A DNA stretch of 64,000 nucleotides from Squalus acanthias (taxonomy: Eukaryota). Position 1 is the first letter of the stretch. Every line of letters starts with the position of its first letter. Where the stretch lies: assembly GCA_030390025.1 (NCBI GenBank), contig CM059433.1, positions 23,126,001 through 23,190,000 on the forward strand, given 5' to 3'. The notes under the pieces are model-generated. The model did not search any database, was not told the origin of the DNA, and was given only the letters and a program-made list of their open reading frames with translations. Shown here in pieces: positions 62,006-64,000 of this stretch. A program made the translations under genes and the position numbers.

Positions 62006-64000
62006 ACACCTTGAACCTTCAGAGGGACCTGCTGTATGGTCAGTGAAGATATTCCTATTCAGACCAGGTATGCCACCTGGCCCACCTGCAGATGGACCCT
62101 TGGAGATTTGGATACAATTTATTTATTTTATAAACCTACACCTTTCTTCCAGGGGTAACGAGGTGGGACCCAGTAATCGTCCCCAGCTCAGCACTCCTCC
62201 ACCAGACTTTCTAGCCTTGGTGATAGGACAGACGCCCGAAATGCGCCTCCAGTGACACGAATCGATGAAGCACAGTTTAATTGGGAAACCTCCCCTTGAC
62301 CCCGGAAAGACCCTCTGTAGTCAACAGCAGAGGTTTCCAGTAGTCAGAATCCCAGTGTACCTACCAGGATTGATGATCAGTTGATTTTTATGGCATATTA
62401 ATTTTTTAAAAACTTATGAATGTGCAATTTTGTGGTCAGTTCTTTTCCCCTGTATTGACTGTTTCAAATTTCTTTTGTTAATTCAATTAAAGATGTTTGG
62501 AATACAATGAATCAGAATACTGTGCAATATTATTTAACGTAAAGTTAAAATGGTTGTTAAAGTGGTATGTATGTTATTGCTACTCGATTTATCCTCTCAG
62601 CTTTTTCTGATCTTGGTTTAAAGGATTTTCATTTACTGCTGGACCTTCCCCTTTTTCTCAGCAGTTCTCCTGGGGAACTTTGGGCCTTGCTAGACCCTAT
62701 CTATAATCATCACTGTTTTAATGCCTGACCTCCCTTGTTCAAAGTCCCTCACTCCCAGTCCCATGCACTGGTCTCCTTGCTCCATCTTTTGCACGCAGGA
62801 AAAATTTTCTGAAAAGATCAGAGAGCCCCAATTGTGGCTCCAGAACTCTACGGAGGTGAGAGGAATAAAAGAGTAGGACATACAGATAGAAGGAGAGAGA
62901 GAGAGAAACGTGTGTGAGATGTTCACAATAAGAGGGAGACCTACAGATGAGAAAGGAGACAGAGCTGTAGTGAAGGATGGAGGGGGAAGAGTGTGAAAAA
63001 GAGAGGAGACAACAATGGCAATGGGAGAAAGACATGCAGAGAGATAAAAAGAGAAAGAGGCAGATAAAAACCCTAAAATGACAAACAGGCAGGCAGAAAG
63101 AATTAGAGTTAGAAACGAACAGGAGGACTGTTACAAGAAGAGCACACAATTTTTATGCTATTTTCAGCCATGAGTGGTGTCATGGGAGATGAGCTAGTTG
63201 AATGAAATTCATTTACTTTTATTGTATTTTGCAGTCAGTGATTCTTTCACTGTGCAAATGTCAAGGAACAGAAAAGGCCATTCGGCCCATTGAAGTTTAT
63301 CACTATTATCCTAACACCTATTCAGAGTAAAATACTTGGGACCAGAAATTCTCTGGATAATTGTAAGGGGGTGGAAGTGCAGCAGAGCAGGACTTGTCTC
63401 TGCTACTTTGACTGGGGCATGTCATTTACATATTCGGGGCAGACAGCCCTCATATGTGGAGACACAACAGAAGTGCTCACCTGTTAATCAGATCAGCACC
63501 TTGCCACTCTGAGGGAGGGAGCATGACACGAGAATGGTGGGGCAGCATAATTAATGAATCCCCCATGGATTTAATCAATCCCTTGGTCCTTACATATTCT
63601 AGGGCATCTAGGAGGCCCACAATGGGAACTACTGCTGCCAGGTCATAGGGGGTGGGTGGAAGATCAGCCTTTGGAGTGGAAGTCCAGTGTTGCTCTAGAT
63701 TCGAGCCCCCCCATCCTCCCAAATGGGTGAAATGCCTGATTTATGACCTCCCCATCCTAGGAAATTCAGGGCCTGTCAGTTTTTGATCTGATTGTGCAGT
63801 TCTAGATTGCTCGACAAGTTTATGATTAATGATGTTAACAAGGATTTAACCAGCAAAACACAGACTTTTCACTAATGTTTGCTAATCAGATTTTACTCAC
63901 ATCCACCTTTTCACTATAATTAGCAAAGGCAGGAAAATGTGGCCCATTGCTAGAATTTAGATAAGTTATATAGAGCAGTAGCTCTTGTGTTGTGTTTATT

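Noticed and set aside
62860-63130. 136-aa minus-strand Cys/Leu/Ser-rich ORF
   Set aside because: Translation of a low-complexity GA-rich tract

Overview
Eukaryotic, repeat-saturated non-coding DNA (intergenic or deep intronic), most likely from a cartilaginous fish (shark). The taxon call is inferred from an HE1/V-SINE, SacSINE1-like Deu-SINEs and abundant CR1 LINEs. I found no supportable host exon. The window holds CR1 LINEs (one long copy with ORF1 esterase plus EN/RT ORF2), L2 LINEs, another CR1/L2-group LINE, tRNA-derived SINEs, two solo-LTR-like elements and many PIF/Harbinger elements (transposase, Myb/SANT partner ORF, MITEs with 3-bp TSDs). It also holds three families of Penelope-like elements (PLEs). 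The most notable signal is a very young PLE system. It comprises an open Neptune-type RT/GIY-YIG ORF and short copies carrying intact minimal hammerhead ribozyme motifs. One copy is a perfect 204-bp palindrome with two opposed hammerheads. Two independent copies share an identical inverted 5' junction after similar target sequences in CR1. All family names come from motif recognition by eye, not database searches.
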